A stretch of DNA of 64,000 bases from Anthoceros angustus (GCA_010909165.1 MU008165.1:1116001-1180000), one strand, 5' to 3'. Shown: positions 26,521 through 40,400, numbered from the stretch's first letter. Numbers and translations are program-made. Notes: generated by a model from the sequence alone, not told the origin.

Positions 26521-29500
26521 GGAATCGTCGGATAGGTCCGATCCCTCAATTCCGGTGACTCGTCCCTCCTCGTCCGGCAGTGTCTCCCCGCCTCCTCGTA
26601 ACTCTCTGCAATCTTTCCTGCTTGGCGTTGTCGCTTGCGAGCGTTTCCCCAGTCGGATCGAGTCGCTTGTCTCCCGAGGCATCCATCTATCAATCTAGTA
26701 ATGCTAGACTCTCTACTTAGGCTATGGTTAGTTCTACCTCGTCCCAGCGATTTCATTCCCGACAGCGCCAAAATGTGGAGTGTGAATTGTGTCTAGGGAC
26801 ACCGTGAGGTCCACATTCACCCTCAATGTCGTTGTAGGCTTAGGATTCGCTCCCAAGGGAATGGTTTGTGCCGAGGCGCTAACTTCTATCGCTCGACCTT
26901 CTAAGTCGGGACTTACTGCTATTACTCCTCTTACCTATCTACTCAACTACTACTACCTCCCGACTTGTCTAACTACCACATCTTATTCCACGACCACAAA
27001 TCTTATTCCACGACCAAATCTTATTCGAGCAAATCTTATTCCACACGGTGGCTCTCACCACTACCGGGTAGTTGCTTTACACCGAGGTGGGTCCCACGCC
27101 AAACCCTAGCGACTTATTTCCGGCGCCGGCGCGGATCCGCAGGCGGCTACCTGCCGCAGATCGGACTTTGCACTCCACACTTCATGCACACACACGATTC
27201 CTAGGGACCAAAGTTCCACAAATCCCTCACCGCTTCACACACACACAAAGGCGCCACACTCACACAATTTTACAAGGAACTGTTTCTCTTGTGCACTTCC
27301 CCACTTGACCGGTTTGGATTCTTTTGGATCCACACAAATCTCCTTAGTCTCTCAATTAGTTCCCTTCTCAACTCCTCTTACACCTCGCGCGTCTGATTAT
27401 TCATCCTCCTTCACCCAATCTTCTCTCTCTCTCTCCCTCAATTCGCCTCAGCTTCCAACCATCCACTCAACACTTCTCTCTCAATTTGAACACAACTACG
27501 GACAAGGGTGAAGGAAAGAAGAACCCCAGGCGTCACGGCGGGCGTTGAGCAAGCTCCAGACCGCCGCCAATCCCTTGGTTTCCTCCTCCTTTGTCGGCAA
27601 GATTGCTCTATCACCCCTCCTCCCCGGTTGCGGAGCAAGCTCGACCACCCCTAGGGCGTCTCGCGCACACCACCTCATCAATCGGACGTCTCCAACCAGC
27701 CACAGGCGTGGGGATCTCAACCGAGTTATCTCGATGTGAGGCACTGGCCTTTTATACAATTCTTTGGGCGTCATAGCCACCAGACTTTCCAGGTCCTAAA
27801 AACGGCTGAACGCGAAGAGGCGCCCCTACAATTTCGGACGGCCTTAGGTCCAGGATGGCATCCTATCCAAAGTTCTATTCCTAGGATGCCACTACTCCCT
27901 GCCCATGTTATCTCCGCACTCCCCCTCCGATTTGGTCGCCTGGCCCTTCGTCCTTTGCTGCTGAATTTATGGGTCCTCCTTCCTCGTTGCTGATCTGGAA
28001 AATCCTCCCATAAACTCTCCACTGTTTTTCCATGATCCCAAGTCCCAGCTCCCTCACCAATCCTCCACCTCGGACCCTCCAATGGTCCATATTTGGCCAT
28101 TAGGCGTCAAATTTCGCTGCAACCTTGGGCGCCATGCTCTGCAAAACCCTCACGCCCACGCCTCAATTGCTGATAACTCGCCTCGAATCTCCAACTTGGT
28201 CAATCCCCGGGTTTCTTCCTTCCAGAATCGCGAGCTCCCGCCGCCACGGGGCTGCCCTTCTGACCTCGTGCGAGCTCGTGCCACCGGGATCTGGAGCTAC
28301 CACCCAGCCGCCGTGCCTTTCAAGTTCCCTTAGGGTTATATTTCCCGGAAACTCTCGCCTGCTTCGCTACCACTTCTTCTTCCGCGCTCCTTCCTTCCAC
28401 GACCGACGGTTCGTAGCTTGAAACATAGTCCCGATCGGCGACCACACACCGGTTCAACTACCGCGGTTGGTTCGACCTCTAGCCTACGGACCTCGCCAAA
28501 TATGGGGACCCCCCCATATATAGGCCTTTTATTAAATATTCCAAGACCAAAGGCCAAGGAGTATCGAGTTCATAGTCCAAGGACCGATTATTATTTAACC
28601 CGAAACAACCCCAAAACTCATAGGCCAAGGACACTTTCTACTATAAATATCCCTTCCTACTCATAACCTAGCTCTTCTTGACACCAAACTTAACAAAAAA
28701 AACAAAAAATCACTCAAAGACACAATCCAACAGGGAGTTTCCAATACCAGATCGTTTACAGCAGGGTCGGATCACGTACAAGGTGAGATGGCGGTCCTTA
28801 TTCCGGGCAGGTCACCGGATGTCCCGCGCCGAACTTTGGCGCAACCCCATGGCCTCACACCCTTTTCTTGCGAATGAAGGGCAGGGCTTGAAACAAACCG
28901 TGTGCACATTGTCGACCCTTATTGTTGCAGTGCAGACAAGAATGTGGAGCTGACTCCAAGAGAACAACAAGGGCGCGAAAATGGCGGCACCGGCACAAGT
29001 GCTAGGCGGCTAAGTTCATTGGTATTGCCATAGATGGTATGGACCAAAAAACAGAGTTGCCCCATTACAGATTGCCAAAGACGGTTGATTAGGAGCCCTT
29101 GTCGGGCTTCACGTTCTAGGTGTGCTGGTGTTCAACTACTTGGTGCGCAGTGTATTTGAGTTTCCGAATGTGAGAAATGATCCGAATGGAATCAGCCGTG
29201 ATTCAAGATGTTATCAATACCGGAGGGGCCTCTATTCTATACTTGCGGATGGACAACATGCTCAAAACAAGAATCGGAGGTATTGGCATATCATCCATGC
29301 TTGTGGCGAAAGGTATCTTCAAAAATCAAGGTGGGGTTTCTTCTTGTTGGCCATACCCACGATCGATTGACCAAATGTTTTCGAGGTTCGGTTGTGCTAG
29401 GGTTGAAGGATGCTTTCACATTGCCGAAATGATAGGGTTCTTTGAGCGGGCGTACACCCCATCACCGATTCACATCTTGAAGGAGGTGCGGACTTCAAGA

Positions 29501-32500
29501 CCTATCTATGGCCGAAAGGGGATCGTCGCAACGACTTGCATAATCACGATTTTCAACACAGTTCAAAATAACAAGGAGAAGCTGCTCGGAGGGGCGTGGC
29601 GTGCTAAGATGCAAGGAGTTTTCAAGTTCGATCCGTCACCGGAGGGTGGTGTGCGCTATTACGTTCGGTGCCACCACGGGTGATTGTGGCGACTCCATTG
29701 TTGCCGTTGGTCCCATCACATGCCCAAGGTAAAGGAAAGGGACATGCAAAGCGGAAGGATGCCCCGATGTCGTCGATGACGATAGTCTCAAGCGATGGCG
29801 GTAGTGGTAGTGTAGTGGCGGAGTCCATGAAGTAAAAGCGGGCCTAGAACGCACCGGCGACATATGAATGTGGAGCAACTAGCATGGTGGGATACGTTGG
29901 GATGAGCAGTAGCAATAGCCGAGAGACTAGCGGTGGCATTCCATTCCGTTGGAGCAGAATGGTCTTGGTACACTCGCGATGAAGAAAAGCGAGGTACCAC
30001 CAGACCCTCCGGACTCAACTTTGGTTGATCCGCAATGGCAGACGGATTTTTGGACATGGTGGAGGTGTACAGGGCACATCAAGTGCGGAGGGAGGGCAAG
30101 GCGAGGCTCGGTCGAGAGGTTGTGTGAAGGAGATTGAGGAGGGAATGATGGTTGTCAAGGCTGGGATGATCCAGGGCGACCATTCGCTCGCAAAAGTGGT
30201 GGAGGTGGACCATGATCGGGGTCCCTTTCATGATAGTTCATTGGTGGCGGACGAGAGAACAACAACGAAGGGCCGAAATGGCGGCACCGGCACAAGTGCT
30301 TGGGCGGCTAAGTTCATTGGTATTGCCATAGATGGTATGGACCAAAAAAGCGAGTTGCCCCATTCGCATTGCCAAAGGCGGTTGATTAGGAGCCCTTGTC
30401 GGGCTTCACGTTCTAGGTGTCTTTGGTGTTCAACTACTTGGTGCGCACAGTGTATTTGAGTTTCGAATGTGAGAAATGATCCGAAATGTAGCCGTGATTG
30501 ACATGTTATCAATGGAGGGCGCTCCCCTATTCTATACTTGCGGATGGACAACACGGCTCAAAACAAGAATCGGAGGTATTGGCATATCATCCATGCTTGT
30601 GGCGAAAGGTATCTTCAAAAATCAAGGTGGGGTTTCTTCTTGTTGGCCATACCCACGATCGATTGACCAAATGTTTTCGAGGTTCTCGGTTGTGCTAGGG
30701 TTGAAGGATGCTTTCACATTGCCGAAATGATAGGGTTCTTTGGGCGGGCGTACACCCCATCACCGATTCACATCTTGAAGGAGGTGCGGACTTCAAGACC
30801 TATCTATGGCCGAAGGGGATCGTCGCAGCGTATGACTTGCATAATCACGATTTTCAACACCAGTTCAAAATAACAAGGGAGAAGCTATCGAGAGGGCGTG
30901 GCGTGCTAAGATGCAAGGAGTTTTCAAGTTCGATCCTTTGGTCACCGGAGGGTGGTGTGCGCTATTACGTTCGAGGTGCCACCACGGGTGATTGTGGCGA
31001 CTCCATTGTTGCCGTTGGTCCCATCACATGCCCAAGGTAAAGGAAAGGGACATGCAAAGCGGAAGGATGCCCCTGTCGATGGCGATAGTCTCAAGCGATG
31101 GCGGTAGTGGTAGTGTAGTGGCGGAGTCCATGAAGTAAGCGGGCCTAGAACGCACAGCGACATATGAATGTGGAGCAACTAGCATGGTGGGATACGTTAG
31201 GATGAGCAGTAGCAATAGCCGAGACTAGCATGGCATTCCATTCCGTTGGAGCAGAATGGTCTTGGTACACTCGCGATGAAGCGAGGTACCACAGACCCTC
31301 AACTTTGGTTGATCCTGCAATGGCAGTTTGGACATGGTGGAGGTGTACAGGGCACATCAAGTGCGGAGGGAGGGCAAGGCGAGGCTCGGTCGGAGGTTGT
31401 GTGAAGGAGATTGAGGAGGGAATGATGGTTCTGTCAAGGCGGGATGATCGGGCGAGACCATTACGGCTCGCAAAAGTGGTGGAGGTGGACCATGATCTTG
31501 GGGTCCCTTTCATGATAGTTCATTGGTGGCGGACGAGAACAATGATGCATTCGAGGGAAGGTACATGGAGGAGTTTGTGATACTGGGCGCCCACGGTCGA
31601 GGGAAAAAGTGCGGCGATCAAAGAATGGAGGCGAGGGCGGAGAAGCATTTGCAAAGCCTCAACTTCCGAGACAAATGTGCTGGCCTATGATTTGTGACAA
31701 GGAACAAGACGCGTTGCAGAGGACGACAATGAAGCTGATAAAGACTAAAGTCTTTGAGTTGCGTTCAGAGCCGGCTGATGAGCCGGCGAGGCTTCCGCCA
31801 GCTGACACGAATGTCATGCCCGAAGACATGATTGACTCGGAAGACCTCGACAATGTGGAATCAACGGATGAGTCCACAGACGTGGTGGTGGACCCGCTGG
31901 ATGGTCTGGACTCTGGAGAGGAGCCGGACAGTAGGCCACCTAATATTGTCAACTTCCCAGTTCCTTGTACCAGGAACGTTATGTCCCCTCGGGCTTGAAT
32001 GCAGTGGATTGTTTTCGTCTTTTCGTGGAAAGGTTTAACTTGCCACCGGCATCATCTGTTGTAGGAAGTTGACGGTGTGATAATGTCCGGAGCATGTAAC
32101 GGCGACTATGTCGAAACAGATCCGGCAATGTGGTGCTCTAATTTTCTAACAATGTTCGTGGTTTTGTCCGATTGAGAGTAGCGGCGAGGTTTCAATGGTG
32201 ATCATGCAGTCATCTATGTTCGACCTTGCGGTGTGGCGAAGTGTTCCCAGGATGGTCACGCCAGGATGTCCGTGGCAAGGTATGTATGCCGCAGCAAGTG
32301 CGGCAATGTTTGTTTTCGGTTCTAGTTGGGACCGCCCTAATGACTATGGGGTGGAACGGACGGGGTCGATCTCGGCGGTGGCGATTCGAGACGGACGCAG
32401 CGTAAACGGAGTACACAAGACGGGCTCAAAAGCAGCGTCTTCCTCCACTGCTTCCACCGCCAGAGGTTGTCTTCCACCTCCTTTGTGGTTTGTGCACGCG

Positions 32501-34414
32501 CTCATCCCCTCCTCTGGCGGAGCCGTCCTCACGCCATGCTCCTCCACCTCCTTCCGACCTCGGTGCGGGTTTTGCCTGTTGATGTCGCCTCCTCCTTACG
32601 TCCCATCCATCCAACCTTCCTTGAACTAACCTGCTGTTTGCAGCCCTTCCGGATGAGGACTCGCGGAGGTGGCTACGAGTCACCACCTCGTATCACAAGG
32701 GAGGATGTGGAGGCAAAGCGGCGAGGCGGAGAAGGATGGAAGTTGCCCATCCAGGACTTGTGTGGAGGCCATTTGGGTCTCCATGCGGCGTGGGCGGGGA
32801 AAGGCTATGGGCTGGCCATCTCCTTCCATGCGGAGGGTGGCGGTGGCATCGTAGATTTTCCGGATCTTTGCGAGGTAGGAAAAAGCCAAGGGGTGGAAGA
32901 GGACTATAGGATAGCGAAGGAGGGGTTCTGGAGGCGAACGAAGGGTGCAGCAACTCCAGCCCGTCAGGAGGAAGGAGGGTGAAGGAAGAGCACGAGGACT
33001 GTCCGGTCCAGAATTGTTTAAAGCTTCCGTGACCTTACTGCCGTGAGTCCATGCGACTTACGAATGAAGGTTGCTGCAGAGGAGGCATCGCCTTGGGAGG
33101 CGGGGAGTGGAAGTGAAGGAGGAGGCGGTAAGCACTTACCTTTACCCCAGAGTTGAGCATGGTTGTCGCATGCACTAACGGGCTGTTCATTGTGGCGAGC
33201 AGTGATGGGGACACCCTTGGCAAACCGGAGGAGCACTTGGAGATAGGGCGTGAAGTGGGTTACCTAGGTTTTTTGCAAGCGATCTAGACTAGGCGGGGCG
33301 GGAGGGGAAGAAAGGGAGGGAGAGGGGTTGGATGCGTAGCTTTCTCGTGGCTTGGGGTCGAGTTGGGGACGGTCACATGATTTTGTGTATGTCAAGTTTT
33401 AGCGTCGATGTGCAAGCCATGTGCGAAGTGTGAAGGAAGCAACGGGGTTTGAGTTTGGGGAATGCACGATTCGAATGTTTTGTCCGTCACGGACAGGTGG
33501 CTATGAGCCAAGCGGTCAATGTCACATGGCATGGACTAGAGGCGGTTACATGTGAACTACACCATAGCGGTTTTCCAATACTTTATTAGCGAGAAATGTA
33601 TTCATCGGCATATACTTTGTACCTTGGGGATGTATATTTGAATAATATTATTCCATGTATTTTACATGAATAACCCTAAGGCCCACAAAGCAGTGAGCCG
33701 CTAGTGATGCATTCGTCCAATTGTGTAACATGACGGTGTACACTTTTCCATATGCCGGTTGTAAAGGTAGCTTTGGTCGTAATGTATCCCAAAAGTGACA
33801 CGATTGAAATAAAGCCTAAATAAATGTTCTAGTCTGCACGCCATAAATTTATAAGGATCTCTACTTTTTCTCCCGAATGCCTCTTTTGTTTAACCATGAG
33901 ACATCGAGGTGTGGAAATATTGCCAATAAATTTCAAGTTTTGATGAAGTGGAATGGGTTTGGGTGTCTTGCGTTGTATTTTTAGCAGCCGTTTCCCACAA
34001 ACCCTCAAAATCAACGTTCCGAGTTTTCTTAAGTGCAAATTTTGATGACATATTTGGCCCGTCCCCGGAAAGTGGAGTGTGTCACTAGCCCTAAGGAGAC
34101 CCTGTTGGCGCCTGCAAGAGGAAATATACATGAGACAACCCGAGGGTTACGAAGTCAAAGACAAAGAAGATTGGGTATGCCAACTCATCAAAGGTTTGTA
34201 TGGCCTTAAGCGAGCGAAGAATTGGAATTTAACCATACATGTACAACTTATTGGGAGAGGATTTAAGCAAAGCCGGTCAAAGACTTGTATGTCCTAATCA
34301 AACCAATTCCACTTTGCGGGCGTAGATGGGTGTCGGAGGCCAAGTTATCTAGGGCAAATGACTAACAAAAAGAAGTCGCCTGCAATTCGCTGGAGGAACT
34401 TGTCAGGAGATTAA

Positions 34415-37400
34415 ATAGCTTCCCGGTGAGTGCTGGGACATACCAGGGGGCCCGGAGCTTACGTGGCGGAAGGACCCCCGTGCAGTTTCGCTTTTGAATC
34501 AGCTCCATCCTTGCGGCTAAGTTGAGAGGCGCCACGAGCAGGATTGTGGGCTCGAGTCACTGGCGGTTCTTTGGGATCCGTTGCTGCGATGAGCCGCAAG
34601 ATGTGAAACCCGCCTTGTAAAAGAGCCGGCCGCAGGATGATTTAATCCTAAGGTTAGCTTCATCCATCCGTCATCCTTGTGAGTGTGCATACGCTATGTA
34701 AGTGACCTAACGTGTATCCTAGACTCCCTCGATGAGCTTCGTGTGCGATTCGTGTGCAGCGGGTGAAGCGCTAGACACTCCACACACACCTAGGGAACTT
34801 GAGGTTCCGCCCCCCCCTTCCACGGATAAGTCCTATGACCCATCCTTGAAGTAGGCGGAGTAATCGGCTAACCCAAGACCCTCAAGATCTTGATAGTGCT
34901 TGTGTTTTGGCAAGCCCTTTGTGAGGATGTCTGCCACGTTGTCCTCTGTATGGACGTAGTCCACTTTAACCACACCTCTCTCGACCACATCCAGCGTAGT
35001 GATCGAATTTCAATATGTTTAGTACGTGCATGAAATCTAGGATTTGCCACTAATGCAGTGACATATTGTCACAATGTAACTTTGTAGGTGCCATCTTCTG
35101 GTCAAGGTCCTTGAGGAAGCTGCGCTCCCACTGCTTCCTTGGAAGCATCTGTAAGTGATTTGTACTCGCCTGTGGAGGAGAGTGCTATGGATGTTTGCTT
35201 TTACAAGACCGGTTGGCGAGAGAGGAAGAAGCGATGGGTTGAGAGACTCTTTCGAATCACTATCGGATGCCCGGTCGGTCGTGAATCCTTCCAGGGTAAG
35301 CATTTTACAGCCACTGCTTCTATAGAATAAGCCTGTCATATGTGTTCCTTTCAAATATCGAACACACGCTTGATCGCAACCCTGGGCTTTTCAGTCGCTC
35401 AAAAGCGTGAGGCGGTGCTAGCGGCATATTGGATATCGCTGGTCCGGTTGCAACAAATATGAGACGCCACGGTACCTATAGGGAATAGCATACATGTCTT
35501 TGATCTCTCCCTCTGACTGCGGACACTGCTCACTGGTAAGCTTCATTCCTGACGCATATGGAGTGGACGCAGGCCTGGCTTGATCCATTTTAAACTTACG
35601 CAGATTTCTCCTATGTACTTGTGTTGATGGATTATTAACGGACCTTCTGTCGACCCTAAGTATCTGTATTCAGGCGCAGGCTCCCGATATCCTTCATGTC
35701 ATATCGGGTCCTCGATATCCTTAACTTCTACTATGACCCTTGCTTGTTGCGAATTACGTCGTCCACGTACAAGGCCAGAAGAACAAAATCAGCACCTCGA
35801 CTAAGGCGATATACGTTGGAGTCTGCCGTGCTTTGAACAAAACCAATCTCAAGTAAGTAAATGTGGATGGTAATATACCATACCCTTCCACTTTGTTTTA
35901 GGCCATATATGCATTTCAGGAGTTTTAGGACTTTGCCAGGATAACGCTTGTCCTGGTATCCCTCAGGCTGCATCATATAAATCTCTTCATCAAGTGCTCC
36001 GTAGAGGAAGGTACCACATCCACAGCGTAGTGATCTGAATTTCAATATGTTTAGTACGTGCATGAAATCTAGGATTTGCCACTAATGCAAGGGCTGACAT
36101 ATTGTCACAATGTAACTTTGTAGGTGCCATCTGTTCCTGGTCAAGGTCCTTGAGGAAGCTGCGCTCCCACTCTGCTTCCTTGGAAGCATCTGTAAGTGAT
36201 TTGTACTCTGCCTCTGTGGAGGAGAGTGCTATGGATGTTTGCTTTTTACAAGACCAGTTGACGGCTGCTGAAGAGAGGAAGAAGCAGTAGGTTGAGAGAC
36301 TCTTTCTGGAATCACTATCGGATGCCCGGTCGTGAATCCTTCCAGGTAAGCATTTTACATGCGCTATAGAATAAGCTCATATGTGTTCCTTTCAAATATC
36401 CGAACACGCTTGGCGCAACCATGGGCTTTTCAGTCGCTCGAAGCGTGAGGCGGTGCTAACGGCATATTGGATATCGCTGGTCCGGTTGCAACAAATATGA
36501 GGCCCGCGTGCCTATAGGGAATATACATGTCTTTGATCTCTCCCTCATTGCGGACACTCCTTTGGTAAGCTTCATTCCTGTCGCATATGGAGTGGACGCA
36601 GGCCTGGCTTGATCCATTTTAAACTTACGCAGGATTTCTCCTATGTACTTGTGTTGATGGATTATTAACAGACCTTCCTGTCTGACCCTAAGTATCTGTA
36701 TTCCCAGGCAGAATCTGAGCTCCCCGATATCCTTCATGTCATATCGGGTCCTCAGCATATCCTTAACTTCTACTAACAGCCCTTGACTGTTTGTTGCGAG
36801 AATTACGTCGTCCACGTACAAGGCCAGAAGAACAAAATCAGCACCTCGACTAAGGCGATATACGTTGGAGTCTGCCGTGCTTTGAACAAAACCAATCTCA
36901 AGTAAGTAAATGTGAATGGTAATATACCATACCCTTCCACTTTGTTTTAGCCATATATGCATTTGAGTTTTAGGACTTTGCGGGATAACGCTTGGTATCC
37001 CTCAGCATCATATAAATCTCTTCATCAAGTGCTCGTAGAGGAAGGTACACACGTCCATTTCTTTGTAGATCCAAGTCGCTCAAGCCAAAGCAAGTATGAT
37101 CCTAATGGATCTGTGTTCGCACTACAAGAAGGTCTCCACAGTAATCCAAGCCTTCAACTGTGAAGCCTCTTGCTACAAGTCTAGCTTTGTATCTAGCAAT
37201 TTCCCCTTTGCATTTAATTTTAGCTTGAACACCCACTTACAAGATATCGGCTTTCTCCTTGTGGCGGTCTGTGAGGACCCAAGTCTCGTTTTAATAAGAG
37301 ATTGATATTCGCCTCGATGGCCACCTTCCACTTGAGACTGTGGCATGAGATGGCCTCTTTGTAAGAGCGAGGCTCAAGAGCCGGTAAAATGTCGACCATA

Positions 37401-40400
37401 GCTCCAAAAGTCCTCCAGTCAATAGAGGCATATGAGGCTCCTTCCATCCCTCGGGAGGAGGTGCATGCCTAGTGGAGCAGCGAAGTTCGAGTTCGGGTTA
37501 CGCCACATGCTCGGGCGCAAGTTCGGGAGGAGGCGGGCGGTCGCAAGTCAATATCATCCGCTGCATGTTCAGCTGGGACAACATTGTCAGAATTTTCACT
37601 ATGGCTATCATCTGACTCTGACGCGTCTTCCCCCCCTGATGCGAGATCCTCTGGAGCGGCAGGAGCCATGGGTGGCACAGCAGGTACAGCAGGAGGCTCA
37701 GCATCATCTTGGGGATACAGACAGACATCAGAGTTGTCGTCCACCGGTTCCAGAACTCCTTCTGAGCGCAGAAGAGCGTCAAGAGGGGATAACTGAACAG
37801 GTTGGGACGGCTCGATAAAAGTAACACTACGGGCAAGGGTAACAGTCCGAAAGCGAGCATCATATAACTTATAAGCCTTGGTTTCACTGCAGAAAGAGGA
37901 AAGCTGGGCCTGTTGTCCAATTTCTTCCGCTTCTCGGCGGGGATATAAGCATAGGCCTTGGAACCAAAACGCGAAGATGAAGGAGACTAGGCTTACGCCT
38001 CGTAAGACTTCAAAGGAGTCTTGCAGGGGACGGTAGCACACTGCTGAGGATATAGGTGGCGGTGACGATGGCCTCCGCCCAGAAGTCCTGAGGTAAGCTA
38101 GCCCACAAGAGCATGCTGCGAGTCATTGAGAGCAAAGTCGATTTTACGCCAAGAACTCCGTTACATTGTTGGGTGTAGGGCACGATCAGCTGGCGCTGGA
38201 TTCCATGCTCCTGGAGAAATGCGTCGAAAGCAGTGTTCACAAACTCAGTACCATTATCCGTGCGAAGTACCTTGAGGAGACAGCCGGACTGCCTCTGCAC
38301 CACAGGTAACCATTCCCGGAAATAGCCTAGAGTGTCACTCTTAAGATGCATAGGATAAGTCCACGAATATGTGCTGAAGTCATCTGTAATTGTTAGATAA
38401 TAGAGGGCACCACCCAGTGAGGGCTGGTGAATTTTTCCAGAGATATCTGCATGGACTAACTCCAACAGACCTGTTGCTCTATGTGCATTCTTCGGAAACG
38501 GGAGCTCCCGCTGCTTCGCGAGAATACAAGACTCGCAAACGGGAAGATCCTTAAATTAGGATGGCAAGGGTTCTCGGTGGCAGGAAAGCTTGGACATGTC
38601 TATGAGCTTGTGCCGATTAGCATGCCCTAAACGCGCATGCCACAAAGATGCCAGCTGCTGGGAATTCAAAAGAGCTGCTCCTGTAGAATAGGCTGCAGGA
38701 GGCCGAACACACTGTACAGCAAGCCTGTACAGATCATGCTCCGGTACTCCCTTGAAGACACAGATTGTTGGATGGCCCACCTTGTAGAAGCAGCAGCCCT
38801 CACTATCAACCCGCATCTCATATAGGCAGGACTGCATGAGTTTGCTCAACGACAACAGGTTCTTGGCCATATCTGGGACAAAAAGTACACCATGGACTGC
38901 GAGGGTCGAACCATCATCAAGGAGGAAAGTACAGGTGCCATGACCCTCAACTCGCAGGCTAGTATCACTCCGCTCATCCCCAAGCAACACCTTGTCTTTC
39001 ATGTTACATAATGTTAAAGTTGAAAAAAGGTGCTTGTCATTGCAGATGTGTGTGGTAGCACCGGAGTCCAGGTACCAACATCCAGCATCATGCAAAGAGC
39101 TTGCGAGGCAAACGGTAAGAATCTTTACTATGCCTTTGGGGCTTTCTCCCTTTTCCTTACGCAAGCGTGTGCGGCTTTGAGACTTTCTGTGGGTCGCCGG
39201 CCTTCTTCTTCCGGCACTCACGAGCCCAATGGCCAGCCACACCACACCAGTTGCAATTCCCAGTTCGCTTGACAGGAGGAGACGAACCAGAAGATGAATC
39301 TGTTCGACCTCCAGCTTGCCTTCCAGTGCTTTCTGGGTCCGAAATTTTACAGCAAGGACTTTGTCACCTTTGGTTTTATGTCCTCCTGCAGAGTTAATAC
39401 GGCTCTGTTCTTCCTGAAACAGGGCACCGATGATCTCCTCTACCGTGATGGAGGGAGGAGCACCTGCCTTCTGAGTCCGGATAGGGGCATTGAAGCTACT
39501 GATAAAGGTTTGATATGAGGGTGGCAGGGAGGTTAACAACTGTGCTGCTACCTCAACTTCATCAGTGGTGGATTCAAAAGCCTTCATTTGGGGCTCGCTG
39601 CCTAAATTTTGTGACATGAGGAGCAACCCTCTCACCTTCACGCAAAGCGAAGTGAGTAGAATTCCATGCATGACATTGTAAGCATGCATGTTTTGGACAT
39701 CATATGTGGCTACGAGTTGATCCCAAATTCCCTTCCCGAGTGGTACTCCACATCGTGCGAGGACTTCATCTAGACCATGGACTAATCGCCGCTATGGAAT
39801 TTAACCGATTCCATTTTTCTATATATAGAAGGAGGCGGGGTGGCATTGGGATCGGGTTTTGCATATGTCCCATCTACCACTTCCCATACCCTCGCCAATC
39901 AAGGTGGTTTTCATGCGGACCTTCCAGACAGAAACTTGGTCCCATTAAACCGATCCTTCTCCTTTAATTAATATATGTGGGATTCGGTGCGAGTACCCAT
40001 CCCAAGTGCAAGGTAAAGCTGGGAAGGATGCTTTCTTTCTAGAGACTAGAGCTACTGATAAGAGTGAGACAGGCTAACACACACTCGTGATTATGATCAG
40101 AGTTAGTTGATGGCCTTCAAACTCTTATGCAGGCAGAGAATTTGTGGGGCCTTACTCGTTACTAACCTAGGCGATGCAGGGAGGGGCACGCGGGGCGGTG
40201 CTGGTTTGGGTCCAGAACATGATCATGTGTGGGCCTGCTCCAGCCCCGCCCTGTCGTCTCGCCTCCCAGCATCTGCAAGGGTTAATCAACGCAAAGTAGA
40301 AGCCAATGCGAAATGGGGTTAGAAACCCTAACTAGTGAAAACCAAACGTAGAATCTTGTTCCCTAATCGCGGTGTGTCCTTCTCATGTGGCAAGGCACAC

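Larger units (their letters stand above)
19726..28760 (-). mobile_element. Athila/Tat-like Ty3/gypsy non-autonomous element with ~2-kb LTRs (gag and protease remnants only)
   Basis: LTRs 19726-21698 and 26774-28760, both TGTGGAG...TTTACA; TSD GCAGG at 19721-19725 and 28761-28765; PBS TGGCGCTGTCGGGAAT (rc ~26755-26770, tRNA-Asp type); PPT rc of TACTCCCTTCTC at 21699-21710; aspartic protease-like GSGVNIMTEDT..YDALIG; no RT or integrase motifs seen. Confidence 0.9.
18613..31998 (+). pseudogene. Sola-like DDE transposase, split by the gypsy at 19726-28760; segment ~28960-30255 is duplicated as ~30256-31540
   Basis: HCCDKKCL (~19160); FCKLWMKYFRAVKIPRCNRFSVCADC (~19615-19693); IAIDGMDQK (~29023-29050); LYLRMDN..KNKN; KIKVGFLLVGHTHD.IDQMFSRFS (~29320-29390); acidic C-terminal tail ending 31998. 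Confidence 0.8.
11625..34106 (+). mobile_element. Large cut-and-paste DNA transposon, Sola-like (26-bp TIRs, 4-bp TSD GGCG), with cargo genes; ~11-13 kb after removing the nested gypsy and local duplications
   Basis: Left end AACAAGGTCTCCTTAGGACTGGTGAC (11625-11650) versus reverse complement of the right end AACAGGGTCTCCTTAGGGCTAGTGAC (34081-34106): 23/26 identical. GGCG at 11621-11624 and 34107-34110. Removing the element plus one TSD restores the in-frame copia RT YLYGRLQEEIYMRQPEG. Confidence 0.92.

Noticed and set aside
11625-34106. Classification as CACTA, hAT, Mutator or KDZ/Zisupton
   Set aside because: Termini are not CACTA, the TSD is 4 bp rather than 3, 8 or 9, and the transposase motifs (DGMDQ, GHTHD.IDQ) do not match those families.
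34809-34822. PPT followed by the 3' LTR of copia C
   Set aside because: A G-run is present on the minus strand, but the following sequence does not match the 41218-41377 LTR.
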